Assembly: GCA_034408725.1 (NCBI GenBank)
Contig: JAWXCN010000096.1
Location: 1-15,317 of the forward strand
Origin: Candidatus Hydrogenedentota bacterium
GTDB lineage: Bacteria; Hydrogenedentota; Hydrogenedentia; Hydrogenedentales; SLHB01
Direction of reading: 5' to 3'
DNA: 15,317 nucleotides
In this document: in pieces, positions 1 through 8,378 of the stretch
Position numbering within the stretch: the first letter of the stretch is position 1
How the letters are laid out: each line of letters starts with the position of its first letter
Notes under the pieces: generated by a model
Told to the model about the DNA's origin: nothing
Database searches by the model: none
The model's input: only the letters and a program-made list of their open reading frames with translations
Position numbers and translations under genes: made by a program

Positions 1-2942
1 ACCTTCTCTTTCGCCCTGCCAGGCTGCACGAGACGGGCTTCCTCACACTCCGTTCCGGGCATTACATGCTCTTCCAGCGCGATTGCATAGAGCATGGTCT
101 GCAACGCGACCCCATCCCTAAACGCAGCGTTCGAACTGGGCAGCGTTGTCTTGTAATCAATGATGCGCGCATTGCCATTCTTCATGTCTATCCGGTCTAT
201 CCGGCCCGAGAGCAGCGCAATGCCCTTTTCCAGTTTCAAGGGAAAAGCGTCTTTCGCCGTCAATGCGTTCTTCGGCGTGCCGTGCGCCTGCCCAAACGCA
301 ACTTCAAAATGGCTGGGCTGCCATGGTTCATTGGCTTCTCGAGCCTGCTGCAAATACCGCGCAAGTTCCGCGGACATGCGTAAATGCTCGACTTCGAGGA
401 TTCCGCGTGGCACGGTGACCTCTCGCCGCGCATGACGGGAAAATATTTCGGCGCATAACCGCGACATCGTTTCGTCCGCTTCCTTTTCCGGAATCTGCGC
501 GGTAGGAGTTCCCGTAAAGGTCTGGTGAAATTCCTGCAACACCTCATGCAACACCCGCCCGCGCGTCCGTCGATCGAAGCCGGTTTCCGCGGCATCGACC
601 ACTTCTATGTTGAGCACGCGCTCGAGGAAAAACTGGAACGGACACCGCGCATACGTTTCCAATTGCGCGGCGCTGAAAGCGTGTGACGTTCCGTAAATTT
701 CCCCTAGCGCGGTGATAGTTGCCGGATTCCCCAACACGCCGTCGTACGCACCGAAGGGTTCACGGCTATAGCGTGCCCGCTCGACACGGACACCTGCATC
801 AATCGCGCGAAACTCTTCCGGGAACATCGACGCGATTGACCGCCCGGTAATGTCCGCCGAGGCATTGCGCACGTCCCGCATCGAGCAAGCCTCATCCAGC
901 ATGGGCACAAAAGAGGTGGAATTGGGGAACACATTCTCGACGTTCGCCGACAATTCTTCCAAATCACCCACGAACGGACTAGGCGCAAGCGCGTTTCCAT
1001 CCCCGGTTACTGTTCGCCATGTCACCGTCACGCTTTCCTTTGCGCAGCTCAGCACGTGATGCAATAGCAGCATCTCGCGTTCAATGTGTTTGCTGCGTTT
1101 CTCCAACGGCGCGCCTGCCGCCTCCAGATCATCGTGGTCTTCGTCCGTGTACACCGCGTCGCCCGCGGGCGGCGAAGGAAATTCTCCTTCGTTCAATCCG
1201 CCAAGAAACACGTGCTCAAAGGACCGATGGCGCGCGGTGGCCGCATCCAGCACATGAACGCCGCTGGCCGGCTGAGGTTCGGACACCCCGGCTTCGGCGA
1301 AAGCTCTCCGCAACTCCGATTGGACCGCGCGCACCGCAACCTTTGCCTCGCCCGGAATTTGTCTTTCCCACGCAAGTATTCGGTTCAATACGAAATGCAG
1401 CGCCGCAAATGCTTCACGCTCAAAGTCCTGTCGAGCAGGTTTGACAATCCCACCAATCCGTTTGCCAACCGGGAGCCGCGCGAGAATATCAATGACGCCG
1501 CACACATAAACTGATACGGGCGCTTCAGCCGGCAGGCCTTTGAGAAATCCGGCGAGCCGTTGCACATTCTCCGCCAAAGCGCGCGCTGCTTCGGCTGCGC
1601 GCGGCATCCTCGCAAGCAGACGGTCCCTCGTTTCACCCGCGCCTGTTTCCAGCCATTCCACAAGGCGTTGCGTGCATTCGCGCCATTCCCGCTCGCCTTG
1701 AATGATGCCAGCCTGCCGGGACAGCACATCAAACATCCCAGCGAAATCAGCGGGCGCGGAAAACCACGGCGACGTAAGCACGTCCAGCACCGCGTCCCGT
1801 TCCCACTGCGCGGCGACGTCGAAAAGTTCGAGAACAAATGGCGCCAAAGTGCTATCGGCGAGCGTGCGCGGTTGATCGAAGATAGCCGGGATCTGAAATT
1901 CGTCCAGCGTAATACGAAGCGTTGTGGCAACGCTATCAAGGTTACGGAAAATGATTGCGATCCCGTTCGGGTCGACGCCTTTATCCACAATCAAAGATTT
2001 TACCCTGCGCCCGATAAATTCACATTCGTGCGTGACATCGTGGCATGCGCTGAGGTGAAGATTCTCCCGCAACTTTTCCGGCGCCACGGGTTTCGTCCGC
2101 CAAAAAAGTTCGCGCGCCGCGAATGTCACACGCGCCGTACACGGCGGGTCATCGCATTGCACATGTTGGATGCCATCGAATCGTTCCCTCAACTCCCGCA
2201 CGGTGCGCCGCGGCGTCGCAAACAAATCGGCCTGGGAGGGAGGATCGACCGTGCTGACAATTCCGATCACCAAAGAATCGACGCAATGCGAAACATGCTC
2301 AATGAGGCGAAATTCCGATGGCGTAAAATCATCGAAACTGTCGAACAGCACAGTCCGGACGCAATCAAACAACGCGGGCCGCGTTTCCTGGAGTAGCAGG
2401 TCCGCGCGCCAGTACACACCCACCCGGTCATAGGAATTCGTGTCGTTCAACGCCTGCTGATACGCCTCATACACGCTCGCGACGATCGGATCGATCCAGG
2501 ACGGACGTTTGCGCCGCGCGATAGCTTCGCGAAATTGCACGGGATCGATTGCCGCCTGTTTAAGTTTCGTGATGACCCGTTGAAGGTGCGTAATAAACCC
2601 GGGCGAGTCCGCGGCATCTCCCAACGGACGAAACGCCTCAGTCTCCCGCAGCGGCGAAAGGATTCGATCAAACAACGCGCGCCGTTCTATTTCATCGAGC
2701 AGGTGGGGGTAAATGCCCGCGCCGCGAAGAATATCCAGCGCGAAATCTTCCAACGATACCACGCGCCTGCCCCACGCGCCGCGAAGTTTGAATTGGGTAA
2801 CAATGCGCCCGCTCCGGGAAATGGCCTCCGCGCGCGTGGGCGCCACGAGCAGCATCGAGTCCCAGCGTTCCGCCGCAAGCCGGTCGATAGTATGTTCGCG
2901 CGCGGACCCCGCCACGCCGGAGTACAACCGCACCCCCGTCAT
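1..2942 (-). CDS. addB: AddB/RexB-like ATP-dependent helicase/nuclease subunit B (degenerate UvrD-like domain plus C-terminal PD-(D/E)XK nuclease), 3' partial
   Basis: Not in the ORF track because it has no stop inside the window. Manual translation from ATG 2942 gives MTGVRLYSGVAGSARE (degenerate P-loop). The same frame later gives GVHVLDAATARHRSFEHVFLGGLNEGEFP (UvrD C-terminal-like), FSAAQLETYARCPFQFFLERVL, RGRVLHEVL, LSGRIDRID...RIIDYKT and LQTMLYAIAL (RecB-family nuclease motifs). About 980 codons. Confidence 0.85.
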   Translation of the reverse strand, partial: MTGVRLYSGVAGSAREHTIDRLAAERWDSMLLVAPTRAEAISRSGRIVTQFKLRGAWGRRVVSLEDFALDILRGAGIYPHLLDEIERRALFDRILSPLRETEAFRPLGDAADSPGFITHLQRVITKLKQAAIDPVQFREAIARRKRPSWIDPIVASVYEAYQQALNDTNSYDRVGVYWRADLLLQETRPALFDCVRTVLFDSFDDFTPSEFRLIEHVSHCVDSLVIGIVSTVDPPSQADLFATPRRTVRELRERFDGIQHVQCDDPPCTARVTFAARELFWRTKPVAPEKLRENLHLSACHDVTHECEFIGRRVKSLIVDKGVDPNGIAIIFRNLDSVATTLRITLDEFQIPAIFDQPRTLADSTLAPFVLELFDVAAQWERDAVLDVLTSPWFSAPADFAGMFDVLSRQAGIIQGEREWRECTQRLVEWLETGAGETRDRLLARMPRAAEAARALAENVQRLAGFLKGLPAEAPVSVYVCGVIDILARLPVGKRIGGIVKPARQDFEREAFAALHFVLNRILAWERQIPGEAKVAVRAVQSELRRAFAEAGVSEPQPASGVHVLDAATARHRSFEHVFLGGLNEGEFPSPPAGDAVYTDEDHDDLEAAGAPLEKRSKHIEREMLLLHHVLSCAKESVTVTWRTVTGDGNALAPSPFVGDLEELSANVENVFPNSTSFVPMLDEACSMRDVRNASADITGRSIASMFPEEFRAIDAGVRVERARYSREPFGAYDGVLGNPATITALGEIYGTSHAFSAAQLETYARCPFQFFLERVLNIEVVDAAETGFDRRTRGRVLHEVLQEFHQTFTGTPTAQIPEKEADETMSRLCAEIFSRHARREVTVPRGILEVEHLRMSAELARYLQQAREANEPWQPSHFEVAFGQAHGTPKNALTAKDAFPLKLEKGIALLSGRIDRIDMKNGNARIIDYKTTLPSSNAAFRDGVALQTMLYAIALEEHVMPGTECEEARLVQPGRAKEK

Positions 2943-2972
2943 CGCGCCATATCTCGATCGTGCGCGGGCGTG

Positions 2973-4691
2973 TTACGCGCCTCCGAGCGCTGCCGCCGCC
3001 ACGCCTGATTCGAGTTCATCCGAATTCCTGATTTCGTAGCGGTAGCCTTGTTCCGTGAGGAATAGCTGGCGTTTGACGCTGTAATCCTGATCGCAGGTGT
3101 CTTTCGATACGAGCGAGTAAAAATGCGCAACCGTGCCGTCGATCTTGGGACGCAGAATACGGCCCAGGCGTTGCGCCTCTTCCTGCCGCGAACCGAACGT
3201 GCCCGAAACCTGAATCGCGATATTCGCGTCCGGCAGGTCAATCGCGAAATTCGCAACCTTCGACACGATAAGAAGTTTGCACTCGCCCGTGCGGAACGCG
3301 TGGTACAACTCTTCGCGTTTCCGGTTCGCGGTTTGTCCCGTGATAATCGGAGCGTTGAACTGTTTCGCAAGCATTTTCAGTTGATCGAGATACTGTCCGA
3401 TGATGAGCACGTTGTCGTTCTTGTGCATCGCCACCAGTTGCTCGCACACCGCCGCCTTAACCGGGTTGGTCGAAGCAATACGGAACTTGCCGCGCTTGTC
3501 TGCTATCGCGTAACGGTATCGTTCGTCCGTCGGCAATGGCACGCGCACCTCGGTGCAAATCGCCTGCGCAATCCAGCCCTGCTTCTCCAGCACTTTCCAG
3601 GGCACATCATATTTTTTCGGGCCGATGAGGCTGAACACGTCGTCCTCGCGCGCGTCTTCGCGCACGAGCGTCGCCGTCAGGCCAAGACGTCTCCTCGCCT
3701 GCAATGCCGCCGTCGCGCGGAACACCGGCGCCGGGAGAAGATGGACTTCGTCATACACAATCAGTCCCCAGTTCCCTTCATCGAACAAACTGAAATGGAG
3801 AAACGGGCTGTCTTTCGTTTTGCGGTACGTCAACACCTGATACGTCGCAAGCGTCACAGGCCGGATTTCCTTGGAATCCCCGCTATACTCACCGATCTGT
3901 TCGTTGCTGATCGTCGTCTTGTCGAGCAGCTCGCTCTTCCATTGGCGCAGCGCAACCGTGTTGGTGGTGAGCACCAGGGTCTGCGTCTTCAACCGGCTAA
4001 TCGTCCCAATCGCGACACAGGTCTTTCCCGCGCCGCACGGCAATACCACCACGCCGCTGCCGCCCTGGTTCGATCCATTGAGGTAAAACGCATCCACGCT
4101 TTCCTTCTGATACTTCCGGAGTCCGAAGGGCTTACCGCCAACCGACGTAGTGCGCAATTCGATATCGAGTGGGGCGCCCTCGACATATCCCGCAAGGTCT
4201 TCTACCGGAAACCCAATCTTGATCAGCGCGCTTTTTACGTTCCCGCGGTCCGCCGGTTTGACGAAAATGTGGTGACCATCCGGCGATCCGCTCAGGTAAG
4301 GTTGGAGCGATTTTTGGTTCAGCAACTGCACTATCAGAAGCGAATCATCCGAGAACAGCACCAGGTCGCCGCCACCCTCCTTCTTAAAGAGCTTGAGGCG
4401 GCCATACCGCGAAACGTTGTCCCGAATATCGATAATGACGTTTTCCGGCACCTCGTAACGGCTGTACTGCTTGAGCCGTTGCTCGATCTCGTCCGCCTTC
4501 ATACCAGACGCTGCCGCGTTCCAAAGCGATAACGGCGTAATCCGGTAGGTGTGAATGTGTTCCGGAGATTTCACCAATTCCGCGAACGCCGCGATGCTGT
4601 CTCGCGCATCTTCGAACCGGGGGCCATCCGTCTCGACCAAAATCGAGCGGTCGGATTGCACAATCAGGGGTTTTTCTTCGTTAGTTGCCAT
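2973..4691 (-). CDS. Bacterial XPB/Rad25(Ercc3)-like SF2 DNA repair helicase
   Basis: 572 aa. N-terminal PLIVQSDRSIL...FAELVKSPEHIHTYRITPLSLWNA typical of bacterial XPB; Walker A LPCGAGKT, DEVH box, motif III GLTATLVRED, SKVANFAIDLPDA, motif VI QEEAQRLGRILRPK. Confidence 0.95.
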   Translation of the reverse strand: MATNEEKPLIVQSDRSILVETDGPRFEDARDSIAAFAELVKSPEHIHTYRITPLSLWNAAASGMKADEIEQRLKQYSRYEVPENVIIDIRDNVSRYGRLKLFKKEGGGDLVLFSDDSLLIVQLLNQKSLQPYLSGSPDGHHIFVKPADRGNVKSALIKIGFPVEDLAGYVEGAPLDIELRTTSVGGKPFGLRKYQKESVDAFYLNGSNQGGSGVVVLPCGAGKTCVAIGTISRLKTQTLVLTTNTVALRQWKSELLDKTTISNEQIGEYSGDSKEIRPVTLATYQVLTYRKTKDSPFLHFSLFDEGNWGLIVYDEVHLLPAPVFRATAALQARRRLGLTATLVREDAREDDVFSLIGPKKYDVPWKVLEKQGWIAQAICTEVRVPLPTDERYRYAIADKRGKFRIASTNPVKAAVCEQLVAMHKNDNVLIIGQYLDQLKMLAKQFNAPIITGQTANRKREELYHAFRTGECKLLIVSKVANFAIDLPDANIAIQVSGTFGSRQEEAQRLGRILRPKIDGTVAHFYSLVSKDTCDQDYSVKRQLFLTEQGYRYEIRNSDELESGVAAAALGGA

Positions 4692-4700
4692 AAGGAAATA

Positions 4701-4709
4701 AGTGTAGCA
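4701..4709 (-). promoter_or_regulatory. Possible extended -10 promoter (TGcTACACT) of the XPB gene
   Basis: Minus strand reads tgcTACACTtatttccttATG; 9 nt between hexamer and ATG, no Shine-Dalgarno, only a weak -35. Confidence 0.35.
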
Positions 4710-4742
4710 AAAGCAGGGTGGACAGGGGAACCTGCGGCGTAG

Positions 4743-5012
4743 CGCGCGTATTTTGGACGTCGATTGGCCGCGCGTAGCGCCTTGGAGTGCGGCGTGTAAG
4801 CGCCGCTTTCACTTCGGATCCGAATGCGCCAACAAATTCTCAGGCCTCACATGAATCGAAGCCAATCGCGCTCATTTGCGAAGGGACCTTGCCCAGGAAA
4901 TGGAAAGCGGCAGCTACTCGCTACCGCACTCCAAGGCGCTCCGCGCGTATTTTGGACGTCGATTGGCCGCGCGTAGCGCCTTGGAGTGCGGCGTGTAAGC
5001 GCCGCTTTCACT
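4743..5012. repeat. REP/REPIN-like cluster: two identical 71-bp direct repeats flanking an inverted copy of the core palindrome
   Basis: 4743-4813 is identical to 4942-5012 (offset 199). Core agcgccttggagtgcggcg-tgtaag-cgccgctttc (4776-4810) recurs inverted at 4903-4940 with a different loop. Intergenic. Confidence 0.85.
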
Positions 5013-5038
5013 ACCGAAAAAGAAAAAATCAATTCGGG

Positions 5039-5758
5039 TTATTGAAGCCCCTTGGGCGGCCCAAGAATTTCAATCAACACCATCGCCCGGCGCACGTCAT
5101 CCTTCGATGCCAACCATTTGTTTCGCGGGCGGCGCGCTCGAACCGGCTGCTGGACCGCTACACGAGGTTGCGGTTGCGGTCGCGGCCCCTCCGCGGCTTC
5201 ACGCCGCAGTGACGGCGTTTGCGTTGCCGCCGGTTGTCTGTGTTGCGGCGCTTGTGGCGGTTGACGTCGTACTGGCGGCTGCTGTTGGCGCGGCATTTGG
5301 CCTTCGCTCACCCGCGGTGTCATGGGCTGCTGCTGGTGCTGCGGCGCGTGGCGAGGAGGAACCGGCGGACGCCGATCCTCTACCGGCCGCGCGGATTGCT
5401 GTCGCGGTTGTTGCCGCACCGGTTGTGGCTCGCGCCGCGGTGTGGGCGGCTTGGGCGGCCGCGGCGTGCCTTGGCGCGGCTTCGCAGTCTGGGGTTCAAA
5501 CGTGCTCCGCTGTTCCTTCGCAACGTGCCGAGGTTCATCAAATGGATCAAGTTGCGACGTTCGCGCCGCAGGCCGCGTCTTTGGTGGGCCGCTGTCGCCA
5601 AACAACATCCGCCGCGTCTCTTCCGGAAGGTCCTCCGCGGTCGACTGCGGCTCATCTTTGCGGTCAGATGCTTCCCGGCCTTCCGCGAGCCGTTTTACAA
5701 CCGCAGACACCGCGAAAAGAATGAAGACAATCGCCGTTACGAGTTCACCGATTTCCAT
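5039..5758 (-). CDS. YqfB-like membrane-anchored Pro/Gln/Arg-rich protein downstream of floA
   Basis: 239 aa. N-terminal hydrophobic helix (LVTAIVFILFAVSAVV), long low-complexity middle, C-terminal DVRRAMVLIEILGPPKG resembling the tail of proteins encoded after floA. Starts 3 nt after the floA stop. Confidence 0.7.
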   Translation of the reverse strand: MEIGELVTAIVFILFAVSAVVKRLAEGREASDRKDEPQSTAEDLPEETRRMLFGDSGPPKTRPAARTSQLDPFDEPRHVAKEQRSTFEPQTAKPRQGTPRPPKPPTPRREPQPVRQQPRQQSARPVEDRRPPVPPRHAPQHQQQPMTPRVSEGQMPRQQQPPVRRQPPQAPQHRQPAATQTPSLRREAAEGPRPQPQPRVAVQQPVRARRPRNKWLASKDDVRRAMVLIEILGPPKGLQ

Positions 5759-5761
5759 AAA

Positions 5762-6790
5762 TTATATTTTCGGTTGCGACTCGTCTTCCGAACGGCCTTC
5801 CGTCTTCGAGATCGATTCCCGCATCGACGTGTCGGCGTTGATGTTCTTCATCCGGTAGTAGTCCATGATTCCGAGATTCCCGCTGCGGAACGCTTCTGCC
5901 ATTGCGCGCGGCACTTCGGCTTCCGCCTCGACCACCCGTGCGCGCATTTCGATTACCTGAGCGCGCATTTCCTGCTCCCGCGCCATGGCCATTGCGCGCC
6001 GTTCTTCCGCGCGGGCCTGCGCGATCTGCTTGTCCGCCTCCGCCTGCCGCATCTGCAACTGCGCGCCAATGTTCTCGCCAACGTCCACGTCCGCGATGTC
6101 GATGGATAAGATCTCAAACGCGGTGCCCGCATCCAGACCGCGCTGCAACACCGTCTTCGAGATACGGTCCGGATTCTCGAGCACCTGCTTATGCGTTGCC
6201 GCGGAGCCAATGGTTGCCACAATGCCCTCGCCCACGCGCGCTACAATTGTTTCCTCGGTAGCGCCACCAACCAAACTGTTTATATTGGTCCGCACCGTCA
6301 CTCGTGCTCGAGTCTTTAACTGGATGCCGTCCATTGCCACGCCGGCGATCATTGTGTTCCCATGCCGCGAATCCGGACAATCAATGACCTTCGGGTTCAC
6401 CGACGTCTGCACTGCATCCAGTATGTCGCGGCCCGCGAGGTCAATCGCAGTCGCGCGCTGGAAGCTGAGGTCGATGTTCGCCTTGTTCGCCGCGATTAGC
6501 GCCTGCACGACGCGCGTCACATTTCCGCCCGCGAGATAGTGCGTTTCCAACTCGTTGGTCGAGACGTTCAGACCTGATTTAACCGCGTTGATGCGGTTCT
6601 GGACAATCGTGTTTGGATTCACCTTCCGGAGCCGCATCACGATGAGGCTGATCAGTGATACCGGCGCGCCGGACGCCCAAGCCTGAATCCACAAATTAAA
6701 AAAGTTGACGAGGATGATCGCCATCACAAGCATGAACAGCACGGCGACAATTAAGCCGCCAATATAAAAGACGCCCATTAAATCCTCCAT
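5762..6790 (-). CDS. floA: Flotillin-like protein FloA (YqfA/UPF0365 family)
   Basis: Signature blocks [104 protein letters not shown]. Alternative start ATG 6778 has a GGAGG SD. Confidence 0.95.
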   Translation of the reverse strand: MEDLMGVFYIGGLIVAVLFMLVMAIILVNFFNLWIQAWASGAPVSLISLIVMRLRKVNPNTIVQNRINAVKSGLNVSTNELETHYLAGGNVTRVVQALIAANKANIDLSFQRATAIDLAGRDILDAVQTSVNPKVIDCPDSRHGNTMIAGVAMDGIQLKTRARVTVRTNINSLVGGATEETIVARVGEGIVATIGSAATHKQVLENPDRISKTVLQRGLDAGTAFEILSIDIADVDVGENIGAQLQMRQAEADKQIAQARAEERRAMAMAREQEMRAQVIEMRARVVEAEAEVPRAMAEAFRSGNLGIMDYYRMKNINADTSMRESISKTEGRSEDESQPKI

Positions 6791-6871
6791 CAGTGGTTCC
6801 TTTCGCAGGTTCCGGAAATCGGATCAGCCGCTACCATACCATTCTTCGCACACGCGATGTCATACTATTGC

Positions 6872-7495
6872 TCATTGCCCTGAAAGCTGCCGGACGACAG
6901 CCACATTGTCCTTCACTGCCACCACGCGCACGCGCGCGCCCTTCTTTATGTATCCGCCGTCTGATATGGCGTTCACTCGTTTATCGTCCAACACAATCAT
7001 CCCCGGCGGCCCGACCGCCACCGTGACCTCGCCAAATTGATTGACAAGCGCGTGAACGTATTCCGCCCGCAACTGCTCCGCGGCGTCGCGGTCGCCGTCC
7101 CGTTTTGCCCGGATTAAATCCTGCACAACTTCGACCACATCGCGGCCCGTAAGGTCCATCGCGCGCGCCATCGCAAACGGAAACGGGACTTCGGCTTTCT
7201 TGGCGGCCACCGAGGCGATCACGGTTCGCTGCAAGCGCCCACCGGCCATGGCATGATGCTCTATATCATCAAGCGTCGCGTCTACGCCGCCCGTTACCGC
7301 CAAACTGTAGGCGTCGATCACGGGTTGCGGGTTCAATCGGTTCATTGACATGCGCACGATTCGATGCAGCGGCACCGGCGCGCCAGATGCCCGCGCGCGC
7401 AACCACAGCCTGACAAGTTTCGATAAGAGAAATAGCGATGCGATAACCACGATGATCAATATCGGCATCGCAAGTACACCGATGGATTCGGCCAT
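6872..7495 (-). CDS. Chimeric protein: truncated FloA N-terminal region fused to NfeD-type C-terminal OB-fold domain
   Basis: Residues 30-125 align ungapped with the neighbouring FloA (38/96 identical by hand count). Residues ~150-205 (GEVTVAVGPPGMIVLDDKRVNAISDGGYIKKGARVRVVAV) match the C-termini of the two NfeD proteins in this window. Confidence 0.8.
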   Translation of the reverse strand: MAESIGVLAMPILIIVVIASLFLLSKLVRLWLRARASGAPVPLHRIVRMSMNRLNPQPVIDAYSLAVTGGVDATLDDIEHHAMAGGRLQRTVIASVAAKKAEVPFPFAMARAMDLTGRDVVEVVQDLIRAKRDGDRDAAEQLRAEYVHALVNQFGEVTVAVGPPGMIVLDDKRVNAISDGGYIKKGARVRVVAVKDNVAVVRQLSGQ

Positions 7496-7501
7496 GCGGC
7501 G

Positions 7502-7981
7502 CTAGCCTTGTGCCGCTGGCTCGACCACCACCCGGTTGCCGTTGACTTCCACCACCCGCACCCAGGCGCCGTCTTCAATAAAATCGCCGGTGGACACCGC
7601 ATTGATCTTCTTGTCGCGAACCAAAATCGTGCCCGCGGGCCGCAACGCGCTATATACCTGGCCCGTCGCGCCAAGCAACGATTCGTCCGAGGTGTCGGAT
7701 ACCCATCCCGCGTCCGCGTTCTGCGTATCGCTCAGCACCATCGCGCGCCCCAACGGCGAACGGGCTACGACAAAAAAACCGAGCACAATCGCCGCCGTCA
7801 CGCAAATCAATTCCGCGACAATAATGAGCAAGGCGTGCTCCGGATGAAAATAGATGGCAATCAGACAGCTCAGGCCGATTGCGATTCCGCCCAATATGCC
7901 GCAGATAAGCCCCGGTAGGACAAACTCGGAAAGGATCAGCAGAATGCCGATCACAAAAAGGAAAATCATCCACCAGATCAT
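7502..7981 (-). CDS. Short NfeD family protein (membrane helices plus OB fold)
   Basis: 159 aa. Hydrophobic N-terminus with LSEFVLPGLICGILG; C-terminal LRPAGTI...INAVSTGDFIEDGAWVRVVEVNGNRVVV. ATGA overlap with the upstream gene. Confidence 0.9.
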   Translation of the reverse strand: MIWWMIFLFVIGILLILSEFVLPGLICGILGGIAIGLSCLIAIYFHPEHALLIIVAELICVTAAIVLGFFVVARSPLGRAMVLSDTQNADAGWVSDTSDESLLGATGQVYSALRPAGTILVRDKKINAVSTGDFIEDGAWVRVVEVNGNRVVVEPAAQG

Positions 7982-8289
7982 TTGGGTTGCACCCCGGACG
8001 ATTCCAGTAACGCCAGTAATTGCCCAATCTCGACACGGATTGCCTGCACGACTTTCATCTTGTCCGCCGGGTCCTTCGGATCGGTTTCGTCCACGCTCTC
8101 GAACGTCCCCATCAACCCGTCATTACTGTCGAACAATAGCCTTCCCTGCGCCAGCAATTTGTTATATCGCCTGGCCAGCGGCGTGCAACTGTAATACCCC
8201 GCGCCCTGCTGCTGAATCACGAGCATGTCATCGATGAGCTGTTTCAACATCTTGATGAGGGATGAACGATTATCCATGATCGGGGGCAT
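7978..8289 (-). CDS. Hypothetical soluble, probably helical protein in the NfeD-floA operon
   Basis: 103 aa ORF filling the gap between two NfeD genes, protein-like composition, AAGGAG upstream (8292-8297), stop overlaps the next ATG. True start may be ATG 8277. Confidence 0.75.
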   Translation of the reverse strand: MPPIMDNRSSLIKMLKQLIDDMLVIQQQGAGYYSCTPLARRYNKLLAQGRLLFDSNDGLMGTFESVDETDPKDPADKMKVVQAIRVEIGQLLALLESSGVQPK

Positions 8290-8300
8290 TTCTCCTTGGA

Positions 8301-8366
8301 GGGCGGGTTTTCCAACCCGCCATTGAACTAATTTATCCTACAACCGGCGGGCCGGAAAGCCCGCCC
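8301..8366. repeat. REP-like inverted doublet (second family)
   Basis: gggcgggttttccaacccgcc (8301-8321) and ggcgggccggaaagcccgccc (8346-8366) are inverted copies (18/21 match), each an imperfect hairpin, with a 24-nt AT-rich spacer. Confidence 0.7.
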
Positions 8367-8378
8367 GCGGCAAATTTA

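Noticed and set aside
66-3008. Many ORF-track entries (e.g. 1560..2396 +, 1385..1990 -, 260..595 -, 704..1000 -)
   Set aside because: Shadow or off-frame ORFs over the single AddB-like frame; no motifs. The region is not a fragmented pseudogene, since the N- and C-terminal motifs share one frame.
3123-4532. 469-aa plus-strand ORF
   Set aside because: Antisense shadow of XPB, expected at high GC; no recognisable features.
1-4691. Anti-phage defence system interpretation of helicase plus nuclease
   Set aside because: Both proteins match housekeeping repair families (XPB, AddB), with no mobile-element context or obvious compositional shift.
4743-5012. CRISPR array interpretation of the direct repeats
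   Set aside because: Only two 71-bp units, a 128-bp interval that contains an inverted copy, and no cas genes; fits REP/REPIN instead.
4787-5212. ORFs 4787..5212 + and 4847..5032 -
   Set aside because: They run through the repeat element, lack an RBS and have atypical composition.
5107-6539. Plus-strand ORFs 5107..5724, 5219..6109, 5985..6539
   Set aside because: Antisense to floA and the YqfB-like gene.
6817-6870. Possible internal floA promoter (ATGACA, 19 nt, TGgTATGGT on minus strand)
   Set aside because: Spacing and match too weak to call without TSS data.
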